Source: Chromera velia
Lineage: Eukaryota
Reading direction: 5' to 3'
Length of the DNA: 64,000 bases
NCBI GenBank assembly: GCA_018398765.1
Contig: JAHBMJ010000466.1
Location: 1-64,000 of the forward strand
Shown here: positions 1 to 11,960 of the stretch, piece by piece
How the letters are laid out: every line of letters starts with the position of its first letter
Position numbering within the stretch: the stretch's first letter is position 1
The notes under the pieces: generated by a model
What the model was told of the DNA's origin: nothing
The model's database searches: none
Seen by the model: only the letters and a program-made list of their open reading frames with translations
Position numbers and translations under genes: made by a program

Positions 1-182
<182 letters not shown>

Positions 183-1029
183 CTTGTGGGGCCACTTTTT
201 TGAAGACGTTCGCGTCTGTCGCCACCGATTCTCTGAAGTGCTCATGCATCGTCTTGGCGACGGTGATGAGTTTTTGGACGTTTTCGGCAGGGCATTGGTC
301 GCTTTCAGACACCCATCTGCATGCACAAGCAGAAAACACGAATAGACAGTCTCACTGTAGAATGAATGGATCGTGATAGATCGGTCTTGCACTAACTAGC
401 ATGGTGACAATACACGACTTGTGTATGGCGCTTCTTAATCACCCGGAAAAATACTTTTGCACTACATTTGACATATGATATTCCAAGTTTCTATAGGACG
501 TCCACTCATTCAGGACTCTTCGTCACAGAAAATTGCAAAGGCCTGTCTGTGTTTCAGCGACAGCATGGACACACAGAACTAAGGAGGCACACTCGCGCGC
601 AATGCGCGCACATCTACCCCACCTGGGTTTCTTCCTTTGTGCATCGAGGGTGCTGTGGCACTCTGAGGTTTCCCTATCCCACTGGCAAGAGTGCTTAAAG
701 ATTAGAAGCCTGCTGCCTTTCTTCGTCACGCACTCCCCGCATGTCTTGTACTTCCTGCAGGAGGCTGTCAAAGAGAGGGAGTCGGCCTCACGCTCTTCCT
801 CTCTGTGCTCCTGCTCCTGTGCCTCCTGCAGTCTGTGTTGCTGTTCCAGGCGCTTCTCGAGGAAGCGGGGCGCGCTGATCCCTGCCGGATGCGATGAGGG
901 AGAGAGTTCGAAGGCATACCCCTTGACCGCGGGATTGCTCTTCTCATTCGCGTGGCTGGTGACGGAAACCGTCACGGCAGAAGCCGATAGGATGAGGCAG
1001 CAAGAGAAAAGAACAGACCTGAATAGCAT
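183..1029 (-). CDS. Secreted protein with a Cys-rich PSI-like module (3' end lies beyond the window start)
   Basis: Exon 1 1029-623 starts with hydrophobic MLFRSVLFSCCLILSASA. A GT-AG intron joins it in phase to exon 316-183 (RWVSESDQCPAENVQKL...). Cys spacing C-x5-CxxC...CQW...C...W...CP resembles PSI domains. The next intron starts GTCTGTCTG at 182. Confidence 0.75.
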
Positions 1030-1956
1030 CTTGTGTCTGTATGGTTGTGCGTGCTGATCAATGAAGGCGATTGAGGCGGGTTTGTGCGACTTCTTCTTGG
1101 TGTGCGTGAGGAGACGATTTGGTGAGCGTCGATCAGTCCAGATTTACGAAAGGTTTGGCGAGCGGATTGCACGGGAACGTAGACGGTTGCTCAGACAGAC
1201 TCTTTGAAGATGGGCTCTGCAATCTTCAGCAGCTCGAATGTGCTGCCATGGAGGTGCACGAGCGACGCTTCATGCTCCGATCGATCTTTCTTTGCATCAA
1301 CTTGCATGCATGCGCTTCATTAATTGGAAGCTATAGGATGGAAACGGTGCATGCATGCGCGGAGAGATGCATGAACTGGGAAAAGATGGATGGACGGATG
1401 ATGGACGGACACGCTCATGCGCGGCTGTATAATGCATGCCTATAATCCCTAGCTATCTCCGTCAGGTTTCCGCGCGCATGAATGCAGTGAAATTGAGTGA
1501 ATGAGCCTTTCCGAGATAAGTCTCTGTATCGCAGCGCTGTCAGATGCATGCTGTCATGATGCTGTCAGGCGTGATCTGAACGCGTCACCTGTTGGGAGCA
1601 AAGATCTGCAAAGAAGGGAAGGTGTAGATTGTAGCTCGATCTATTGTCTTTTGCGTCCGTGCAGTCGACTTCTTTCTACATTTGGCTCTTCGAAACGAAC
1701 CCGAGCAAACTGTTTTTTTATGTGTTGCTTGCATCAGACTGAGTGAGATACGCAGTCCCAGCAAGGTGTTCCCAAACCTGAAGAGAGCTTTCGACCGGAC
1801 TGGTCCTAATATTTCTCTGCCTTCTCATTCTGTGTTCAAGCAAACCAAGGAGACAGCTGCAGTCCCAACAGCGAAGGAAGGGGACAGCGAGACTTTCCTC
1901 TCAGGACTAGCGAGCGAGGCGCAATTGTAGAGAGACAGAAGAAGAAGACCTAGAAG

Positions 1957-2598
1957 ATGGCAGGAAAATATGCCTCTGCACAGTAAGTCCGACTGCATCC
2001 CTCCATTCACAGGATGTCCAGTGATTTCTGTCTTTGGGTCCATCCTCTTTCTTTTTCTCTTTCTCCCCTTTTGCTTTTGGGTTCTCGGCTCTTTCTTTTT
2101 CTTTTGGATGGCTTCTTCCGTTCTTCTCTCAACTCTCAGACTCCCATCCTGTAAATCGTCGGTTGGCTTTTGAAGAAGTTTGCGCTCTTGCATTCGCAAT
2201 CTGTTGCCCTGTCCCCCCCCCTCTGTCATCCTAGAATCAAGTCTGTGAATGCACCCACAGAGCGTAGCTTTCTGAACCGCCCGCGTCCCTCTAACTTTCC
2301 TGTCAGTCTCCCTTTCTGTTGCTTGACCCCATGCTTTGCTTTCCTCAATCCGCTTGCAGATCCAACGATGAACTGAATTATTTCAGGTCAGCAGTGAAGG
2401 GGGCAGACAAATTCCTTCCTTCCTTTCTTTCTTTCTTTCTTTCTTTCTTTCTGTCTGTCTGTCTGTCTGTCTGCCTGTCTGCCTGTCTTTCTTTTCTTTC
2501 TTTCTTTCTTTCCTTCTTTCTTTCTTTCTTTCTTTCTTTCTGTCTGTCTGTCTGTCTGCCTGTCTGCCTGTCTTTCTTTTCTTTCTTTCTTTCTTTCC

Positions 2599-2629
<31 letters not shown>

Positions 2630-3170
2630 TTCCTTCCTTCCTTCCATCTTCTTTGATTCAATCTTTTCTCACAGCGATAGCCGCTTGCACACTGATAGGA
2701 AGTTTTTGCCTGACCTCGTGGATCTGCGCAATTACGTACATTTACCTCCTCATGCTGCATGTGTGTATTCTCTCCTGTGCAGTGCTCCGCTTCCGGGGGC
2801 GGCGCAAACTCTCATCAGCGGCCCGGCACCGTGGGGCGTCGCCCCCGAGCACCACGGCCACCAAATGGGGTACCCTGACCAGGCGACGCCCTATGGAGGG
2901 ATCACCCCGGCCACCACGTTCACGGCCCTGGGCCCGGCCCAGCGGAACAGCGCGATGTCTGTGGTGCAGCCGGGGGCCTACAGGGGTTTGAGTCAGAGCC
3001 AGGGAGGGGAGATGCTTCCGTTTGCTGCGGCGTACGATCAGGGACAATATTATTCATCACAACAACAACAACAGCAGTACCAGCAGGAACAGCAGGGACT
3101 GCCGACAGCACGCGATCGGGACGGAGGGAGTGTGCCTGAGAAGAAAAAGAAATGCTGCTTTTGCAGTTAG
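1957..3170 (+). CDS. Hypothetical 146-aa protein with a Q-rich region and C-terminal KKKKCCFCS
   Basis: Exons 1957-1982, 2360-2386 and 2783-3170 with GT-AG boundaries join in frame: MAGKYASAQSNDELNYFSAPLPGAAQT...EKKKKCCFCS*. Confidence 0.7.
2413..2650. repeat. Intronic (TTTC)n/(TGTC)n microsatellite
   Basis: Directly visible, inside intron 2 of the + gene. Confidence 0.95.
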
Positions 3171-4013
3171 AGAGAGGGAGAAGGCAGTCTGTGAGGGAGT
3201 TTACATCAAATTTTGCCCAGCGTGGCTGTTTTGTTGTTTTTTGAGGGGGATGCAGAGACGGAGGGAGATCCCTTCGCTCGCTGATCAGAAAAGCAAAGCA
3301 GTTCTTTGTTTGATTACGTGCAGACATGAATGAATGGAATGGTCAGGCGCAGGCGGAGTTTTCTGGAAATAAAAGAGACAGACGAGTTTTTCTTTCTTTC
3401 TTTCTTTCTTTCTTTCTTTTCTTCCTCTTTCATGCATGTGGGTGTGAAGAGAAGGAAAGTATACGTGGAAGGGAAGGACAAGGAAAGAATTGGAAGGGGA
3501 GAGAGAAGAGAGGAGAGGAGGCATCGGCTAGCTCATCGATTGATTGAGCTGACCCTCTCTTGACTTCACTCCTCGTCGTGATGGAGTTCTGAATGGGCGG
3601 ATGGATGGATGGATGTTTGATCGGCAGGGGAGGGGAGGGGAGGGGGGGCTGGGTACGTAGAGAGGGGTGAGAGAGGTTAGTGGAGGGGAAGGAGGGAGAA
3701 GGCGAAAGAATGAAAAAGGAGGGAAGGAGAAAAGGAGGGAGAGGGACGACGTTTGCTTCTCTTCTGGATCGATTGAGCAATCGTCACTTTTTCTTCTTTG
3801 TTTGTTCGCTCCTTTCATTCGTTCATTCCTAGAGGCACTCACCCCATCTTTTCGACCTCTCCTTTCCCTTCTGCTTGCAGTTTCTTTTTTTGGATTAGGT
3901 CTCCCTCCCATGATGATGCATTTTTTTTTTGTTTCTGTCTGATTGATCAGGTCGATCGATAGGAGGACAATCAATTCTTCTTTCGTTCAGCTACGCGCGT
4001 GCGGAATGAGTCC

Positions 4014-4044
<31 letters not shown>

Positions 4045-5671
4045 CATTATTTGAGAAAACGACCGATCCTTCTGACTGTAGGGAGCCCCCCGCCTCTTGA
4101 ATTGTGTATGGAGATGCATGCATGGGCCAAAGAACTTAAAGGGCACTGGTGGATCCATAGATCATGGGACAGGGCGGAAGAAGAAGTGAAGAGAGAAAGA
4201 AAGACACACACGCACAATGACGAACTAGAACGAGAGGCAATGAGAGAGTCGCTGGTGTGTGTCTGCATCGAGGGAAGCAAGGAACGAACGAAGAAAACAC
4301 CATACCACACACAGAGGCAGAAAGAGTCAGAGAAAGAGGGGGNNNGGGGGGGGGGGGGGAGAGCCACCATGCGCATTGGTTGGTCGGTTGACGGTAGAAT
4401 TCAAGGGAGCACCCCAGGACCTTGAATGAGATCAGTAAAGGAAAAGAAGCACCAGGCCGGTATGGAGGGATCCAAATGTGTTGTAGAGATCATGATGGGA
4501 GGGAAGGACAGAGAAACTGCTGTGACTGTAGAGTGAAATTCATTTGAACCTCGATCGTTTGATTCGATCATCTCTGGCAAGACATCTTGTCACTGAATTC
4601 GTTTAATTATCCTAGTAATTATCTTGTTTGCCCGCTTGCTGTTGAACCCGTGAGTAACAGATGAACCGATGGACTGAAAGAACCTTTGTGTCAAAGGAAG
4701 GGGGGGTTCTCAATAAGGGATCTTTGAAAGTGAAGGAATGATTAAGACTGGGCCGCTTTGCTATATGTGACGGTACGATATGTGCCAAACATGTAAAATG
4801 ATGAATGCATGATGAATCAATCATATAAATTAATTGTATGATACGATGACATGATGTGATATAGGTGGCGCTGGTCCCCGGGAAAGCGGTTGTCGTCGGA
4901 GCACTATGAAGCCATCGCCGCCGTTATCTCTGGCGTGAATTTCAGGCTCTGTAGCTTTATGGGGATTTCCCTCTCTACAGTGGTAGCTAGAGCGGTAGTG
5001 TACTGAGTCTTGCACTGAACTACCGGAAAAGGAAACAGTCAAAGAGGAGAAGAGCTTGTAGCTTTACGGATGATGGCACTAATGATGATTTTGATGAATC
5101 TGATTATATGGGGACAAAAAAAAAGTATAAAATCGATGTCCATTTTTTAAAGTGTACCAAAAACTGATATCAGTGATATGGATGAATTGAAATGAATTGA
5201 ATATCAATTTTTGGTACATTTTTTTATCGTCATTATCTACCATTGCCATCGGCCTGCATAAGGCGTCCAGCTTAGCGGTCGGCGTTTCGTTCGGCATTAG
5301 ACAGACTGTTGTTTTTTGATAGGAGAATCTAGTAATACTAGTTATTTTAAGAGGAATAAACCTAAGAATAAATAGCTGAGACTCTTTACCAGAGGTTCTT
5401 TTTTATATACACTTTTAGAAAGTGGAATATACGTTCATCATACGCTCACTCAATTATGTTGGCAATTAAAAATAACCTAGATAATAATGCTGAGGGCTAT
5501 TATATCAACTGATACGCTGATGAAGTAATGCACATCAAGTTCCTCATAACTGAATCACTGCGGCATGCAATCACCTGAATCATGTATTTCATCGCGATCA
5601 ATCAAAATTTGGATTTTTTTCACGCATGAAGATTTGAGAACATAACACAGCATGCCTTAAACATTGCTTTT

Positions 5672-6890
5672 TCACGGAATAGCAACTCGGAGGTCTGTTG
5701 ACTCCTCTTCGACCAATCCCTTTACTGCTTCAGCTATGCTCTTTGCAACTGCACCATCAGGAAAGTCGACAACATTCATCGGACTCGGAAGCTGACTCCC
5801 CCCCACCCCCCCATTCTCAGAACCAGTTGCGTGCAGATAAACGTTGAATTTCTCTTCTGACGGCAAAAGAAGCCTGGAGACGGGCAGACAGAGACGGCTG
5901 GTGGAGGTCACCATGCAGGAGTCCCATTGGTCTGCCTCATCCAGCCGGGGGCTTCTCTTCACTACGGGAAGGCCCAACTTTTCACAGGCCTCAAACACAG
6001 TCGCCCTCACTGTCCCTGCAAGCACTTCATCATCCGGTGCTGTCTGAACTTCAATTCCTCCACATTCCTTCCCATCCTGCCCCCTCTTCCGAACCACTGC
6101 AAAAAAATTCGAAGACAGCCCTTCTGTGACACAAAGACGCGAGTTGACCATCAGAACCTCATTCGTCTCAGCGGCCCGCATTTCCTCCAACTTCCGACGG
6201 TCAAAGACCCACTGGGAGTCCTTCACTGAGGGGTCGGTCCGCTCTGCACGACGGGCCTCCACCTGCAGGAATGCAGTCATAAATTTGTATATGCAAAAAT
6301 AAGTTGACATACAGAACGAACAAAAAAGAGGTCTGTTTGCATGCATGGACTGCTCTGCACGACGGGCCTCTACCTGCAGGAATGCAGTCATGCATTTGTA
6401 TATTCATGCATGAATGCAACAGAACGAACAAAAAAGAAGTCTGTATGCATGCATGCACTGCTCTGCACGACGGGCCTCTACCTGCAGGCATACAAATATG
6501 CATACACAACCATAAAGTTTGTTGAAAAACCTATCCAGTCCTGACGTCACTCAAGACAACTCAAGAAAGACTTCCATGCAGCGTGCCATGCAAAGGCGTT
6601 GCAACACACACACACACACACACGTGTGGTGAACGCTGGCCAGAACTTGACGCCCTCGGCTTTCTTTGCCACGTCACCCAGAGAGAAGATAGGTAGGTAG
6701 AGATAGAGATAGACAGGGAGGGAAAGAAGGAAGAAAGGAAGGAAGGACGGACGAACGAACGAACGAAAGAAAGAAAAGAAAGAAAGAAAGAAAGAAAAGG
6801 AAGAAAGGAAGAAAGCAAGAAAGGAAGGAAGGAAGGACGAACGAACGAACGACAGAAAGAAAGAAAGAAAGAAAGAAAGAAAGGAAGGAA

Positions 6891-6924
<34 letters not shown>

Positions 6925-6925
6925 A

Positions 6926-6991
<66 letters not shown>

Positions 6992-7135
6992 AATAACGAA
7001 AAGAAAGAACGAAAGAACGAAAAGAAAGAACGAAAGAAAGAAAAGAAAGAAAACAAAGAAAAGAAAAAAAAGAAAGAAAAGAAAAAAAGAAAGAAAGAAA
7101 AGAAAGGAAGGAAGGAAGGACGAACGAACGAACGA

Positions 7136-7166
<31 letters not shown>

Positions 7167-7181
7167 GAAGGAAGGAAGGAA

Positions 7182-7213
<32 letters not shown>

Positions 7214-7314
7214 AGGAAGAAAGGAAGAAAGCAAGAAAGGAAGGAAGGAAGGAAGGAAGGACGAACGAACGAACGACAGAAAGAAAGAAAGAAAGAAAGA
7301 AAGAAAGGAAGGAA

Positions 7315-7348
<34 letters not shown>

Positions 7349-7354
7349 GAAAAA

Positions 7355-7386
<32 letters not shown>

Positions 7387-7580
7387 AATAACGAAAAGAA
7401 AGAACGAAAGAACGAAAAGAAAGAACGAAAGAAAGAAAAGAAAGAAAACAAAGAAAAGAAAAAAAAGAAAGAAAAGAAAAAAAGAAAGAAAGAAAAGAAA
7501 GGAAGGAAGGAAGGACGAACGAACGAACGAAAGAAAGAAAGAAAGAAAGAAAGAAAGGAAGAAAGGAAGGAAGGAAGGAA

Positions 7581-7614
<34 letters not shown>

Positions 7615-7680
7615 AAAGGAAGAAAGGAAGGAAGGAAGGACGAACGAACGAACGACAGAAAGACAGAAAGACAGAAAGAC

Positions 7681-7715
<35 letters not shown>

Positions 7716-7741
7716 AAAGAAAGAAAGAAAGAAAGAAAGAA

Positions 7742-7801
<60 letters not shown>

Positions 7802-7906
7802 GAGAAAGAGAGAAAGAGAGAAAGAAAGAGAGAAATTGAGAAAGAGAGAAATAGAGAAAGAGAGAAAGAGAGAAAGAGAGAAAGAAAGAAAGAGAGAAAG
7901 AGAGAA

Positions 7907-7968
<62 letters not shown>

Positions 7969-8983
7969 GAAAAAGAAAGAAAGAAAGAAAGAAAAGAAAG
8001 AAAGAAAGAACGCAAGCAAGCAAGCAAGCAAGGAGAGAAGGGGAGAGAGAGGGAAGGTAGGAAGGAAAGAAACAAGGTAAGACAAAAAGAAAGGGGACGA
8101 AGGACAGATCTCTCTGTTTTCTTATTTGTCTATCTGGCCTCCTTTTTCTGCCTGCGTTTATGACTCCCTCCCTCACTCACTGACTGACTTGTATGGTTGG
8201 AGGAAAGAGGGGCATCTGCTGGATGAAGGTGACAAGGTCAATTCCTTCTTTGGCGTTGTGCTCCTCTTCCGGCAACTTCCACGTCAAGATGGTGGTGATC
8301 TGGAACTCGGTCTTCTCAGTCTCTCTCTCTTTCTCGCTTTTCTTTTCATTCTCCTCTGCTACTCCATTGGGAATGTCGCCATTCGCCCTTAAGCTTGGAC
8401 TCTTCTTCTGATCTTCTTTGACTGTTCCTTCTCCTCCCATGGGCGCCCCCAAGGCCTCTAGACCTTTCCGGAGATCTCGCACGAGAAGGGGTCGCAACTT
8501 TTCGGGAGTCAAATTGGACCGCGCAATCGAAGATGCGCTCTCCGTCTCTTTCTTTGCCTCTCCGTCTCCTTCCGTCTCCTCCGTCTCCTTCTCCATCATT
8601 TTCCTCCCTGAGTCCACCAGCCTCTGTACGTGGAGATCAAACTGAAAGATGGAGGACTGATTGAATGTGCGTGCAGTCGTGAACGCTCCTCTTGGAAAGG
8701 ACTCAATGAATTTGCTTTTCTCAAACGCAACCGGCCTCACACTACCGTTCTCCACCAAGATGGAAACAGACTTCGTCTTCAATCCCTCACCGGAAGGGGA
8801 TGCTATGGTGTTCATCGCTCTGCTTTTGGTTTTTGGTGCGCAGGCATAAAGAGAAAGCCCCTTGGAAGAGAATGAGAACGCACTCACTGCCAAGCTCTCA
8901 CTCTTTCGGATGAAGAAAGACGGTGAAAGAAGAGGTGAAGGAAAGGGAACTCCAAAGAGAGATAAAGCCAACCAAAGACGCAT
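5672..8983 (-). CDS. Aminotransferase class IV (fold-type IV PLP enzyme; BCAT/D-amino acid aminotransferase/ADC-lyase-like), about 461 aa
   Basis: Exons 8983-8189 and 6262-5672 join in phase 0 ([23 protein letters not shown]). Family motifs: [19 protein letters not shown]...[23 protein letters not shown]. The first ATG is at 8983; the track start at 9034 is a GTG. Confidence 0.85.
6715..8075. repeat. 1.35-kb polypurine (GAAA)n/(GGAA)n tract with an internal ~400-bp duplication
   Basis: Visible. The distinctive word AAATAACGAAAAGAAAGAACG recurs near 6991 and 7386. Confidence 0.95.
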
Positions 8984-10139
8984 ACACAAAAACAGAAATA
9001 GACCAGAGAGGTCCCCTTTTCGATTCAGTTCCACTCTCTCAATGCCACCAAATCAAGGCACAAAAGGCGAATAACGGAAATCTGTACGATCGTCGGACCT
9101 TTCTCTCCGGAGACGGAAGAGACGCACATGCAGGCTTTGTAGTCTGTCTGCCAAAAAGAAAATCCGAACAGACTGAGAGGACTGAGAGGTCCAGGAGAGA
9201 GGCTTACGGAGGTGTAGCTAACATTGAGAAATACCTCAAGACCCAAGAGTGACGTCGGAAGTCTCCAGAGTTCAAGTGACGAGTCGATCGATCAACTTAT
9301 AGTTCAATGTATGACGACATGCCACGACGCTCGGAACCGAAGTGAGTATATGCAGTTTGTGTTTAGCTCGGAAAAGGTCGTGGGGCCCCGGAAAGACCCG
9401 CGATAGAGAAAGCCGCAAGTGCCGTCTCCCCAAATTCGACGATTAAAGACTGCATGAATCTGACTGTCGATCAGATCTGTCGATCTCCATCATCTTTTCT
9501 TGCCGTGGCCCCCGGCCATAGTATCTGTTAAGGCCCTTAGCCGCACCTATGGAGAAAAAAAAAGTCGAATTACCAATAAATCGGGTTACATTTACCTTTC
9601 GGGACCCGCGCTTTCCGGCAACTGTACAGCACGTGCATGGCGTTTTGTTTAACCTTGATGTATCAGTATATATGCATGCAAAAACACACATGGAGGGGAA
9701 TTGTACGTAGATTCGATCATCTATGTAGTTTTCAAGGAAGGCGATAAAGCATACCGTCTAAGTGAAGCTGTTCTGAATTGCTCCATTGTTTGACTATGCT
9801 ACCAAGCTCAGTGGCAAGTTAAGACATGCCGCCTTATAGAGTCAGGAGTAAGCCGCACCACGACTGAGTGCGCTTGACAAGAAGGAAAAACGGTTAATTT
9901 AATCTGCAGGAACCTCTTTTTGCCCGTCTTCTTTCTCTCTACTTGGCCCCTCTTATGATTCTTCAGCACCTGGTTTCTCGACTTCCTTCTACCTCCACTT
10001 GAGGATTTGGGATACAAAATACTGCTTAATACATATAGTGTGTATCGCTGTGGATGCTAGCTGTGGATGCTGTAGTATTCGCTTTGAAATGTTGTGGAGA
10101 GGCTCACTGCATATGGGTCTAACGCTTGGTGAGTTCAAG

Positions 10140-11960
10140 AGGGAGAGATGTGAACAGAAGCCGTTTGGGCCTGTGGATAAAGCTAAGTAAGCAAGTATGT
10201 GAATAGAAGCCGTTTGGGCATGTGGGTGAATGTTTGGGCGTTCGGGTACATGGAGAAAGAGGGGCATGGAAAGGAAGTGTGTGCAGTAACAGAATCTGCC
10301 TAGGTCTGCAGGTGGATGAATGAAGAGAGACGGAGAGAGCGAGCGTGTTTATGAGTATGTATGAGTTTGTGAACAGAAGCCGTTTGGGCGTGCGGGCGAG
10401 ATAAGGAGAACGAATATGTGAACAGAAGCTGCTTAGGTCTGTAGATGAATGAAGAAAGATCAATTGTGTATCATTAAAAAAAAGCCGCTTGGGCCGCTGG
10501 TTAGGCCTGTGGATGAATGAAGAGAGATCAAGTGTATGAATAGAAACATACAGAAGCCGCTTGGGCCTATGGATGAGTGAAGAGAAACAGGGAGAACGAG
10601 TGTGTAAACAGAAGCCGTTTGGGCATGTGGGTGAATGAAGCCTTAGAGAGATAAGGAGACATAAGGAGAGCGAGACTTAGTATATAAACAGAAGCCGCTT
10701 GGACGTGTGGGTGAATGAAGGGAGACAAGGAGATACAAGGAGAGCGAGTGTGTGAACAGAAGCCGTTTGGGCGTGTGGGTGAATGAAGGGAGACAAGGAG
10801 ATACAAGGAGAGCGAGTGTGTGAACAGAAGCCGTTTGGGCGTGTGGGTGAATGAAGGGAGACAAGGAGAGACAAGAAGAACGAATGTGTGAACAGAAGCT
10901 AGGAACAAGAGCTGTTTGGGCCCGTAGATGAATGAAGAGGAATCAATTGTGTGTCATTGAACAAAAGCCGCTCGGGTCTATGGCTAGGCCTGTGGATGAA
11001 TGAAGAGATATCAAGTGCGTAAATAGAAGCTGCTTGGGCCTGCTGATGAATTAAGAGAGACAGGGAGAGTGAGTGTGTGAACAGAAGCCGTTTGGGCGTG
11101 TAGGTGAATAAAGAGAGACAAGGAGATACAAGGAGAGCGAGTATGTGAACAGAAGCCGGTTAGACGTGCGGGTGAAGAAAGAGAGACAAGGAGAACGAGT
11201 GTGTGAACAGAAGCTGGGAACAGGGAACAGAAGCTAGGAACAGGAGCCGTTTAGGCCCGTGGATGAATGAAGAGGGATCAATTGTATGTCATTGAACAAA
11301 AGCCACTCGGGCCTATGGCTAGGCCTGTGGATAAATGAAGAGATATCAAGTGCGTGAACAGAAGCCGCTTGGGCCTGCTGATGAATTAAGAGAGACAGGG
11401 AAAGTAAGTGTATGAACAGAAGCCGTTTGGGCGTGTGGGTGAATGAAAAGAGACAAGGAGATACAAAGAGAGCGAGTGTATGAACAAAAACCGCTTGGGC
11501 CTCATGCAGTGAATCAATGAAGAATACTGAAGAGAGATATGGAGAGCGAGTGTGTAAACAGAAGCCGTTTGGGGCATCACGATGGTGTGGGTGCATGAAT
11601 ACAGACAGGGAAAGCGAATGTGTGAAGCGGTGTGAATAGGCTAGGTGAACAGGAGCCGGTTGGGCGTGTGGGTGAATAAAGAGGAACAAGGACTCGGACA
11701 AGCATGTCAGCAGAAGATATTTGTATGGGCGTGTGGGTACCTGAATGAATAGAGACAGCCTGTCACTAAGAGAGAATGAGACTCAGTGTGTAAACAAAAC
11801 TGCAAGCCGCTAGGGCCTGTAGGTAAATAGAAATAAATGAAGAGAGACAGAGAGAGCGAGTGTGTGAATAAAAGCCGTTTGGGCATGTAGATGTGAGAGT
11901 GTTAATGGAAGCCGTTAACTTTGGGCATGTGGGTGAGTGATTGAAGAGAGACAGGGAAAA
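10140..11960. repeat. Minisatellite array, ~60-70-bp unit (GTGAACAGAAGCCGTTTGGGCGTGTGGGTGAATGAAG...)
   Basis: Many visible copies. Near-identical 68-bp units at about 10685-10890. Confidence 0.93.

Noticed and set aside
6547..8176. Three 500-aa ORFs rich in F/L/S
   Set aside because: Translations of an intronic (TTTC)n tract. The flanking exons join in frame without them.
9790..10120. Stop-riddled exon-like segment on the - strand
   Set aside because: No family could be assigned, so a pseudogene call is unsupported
10140..11960. Possible CRISPR-like array
   Set aside because: Sequences between the conserved words are themselves repeated rather than unique spacers. No cas genes, and the context is eukaryotic.
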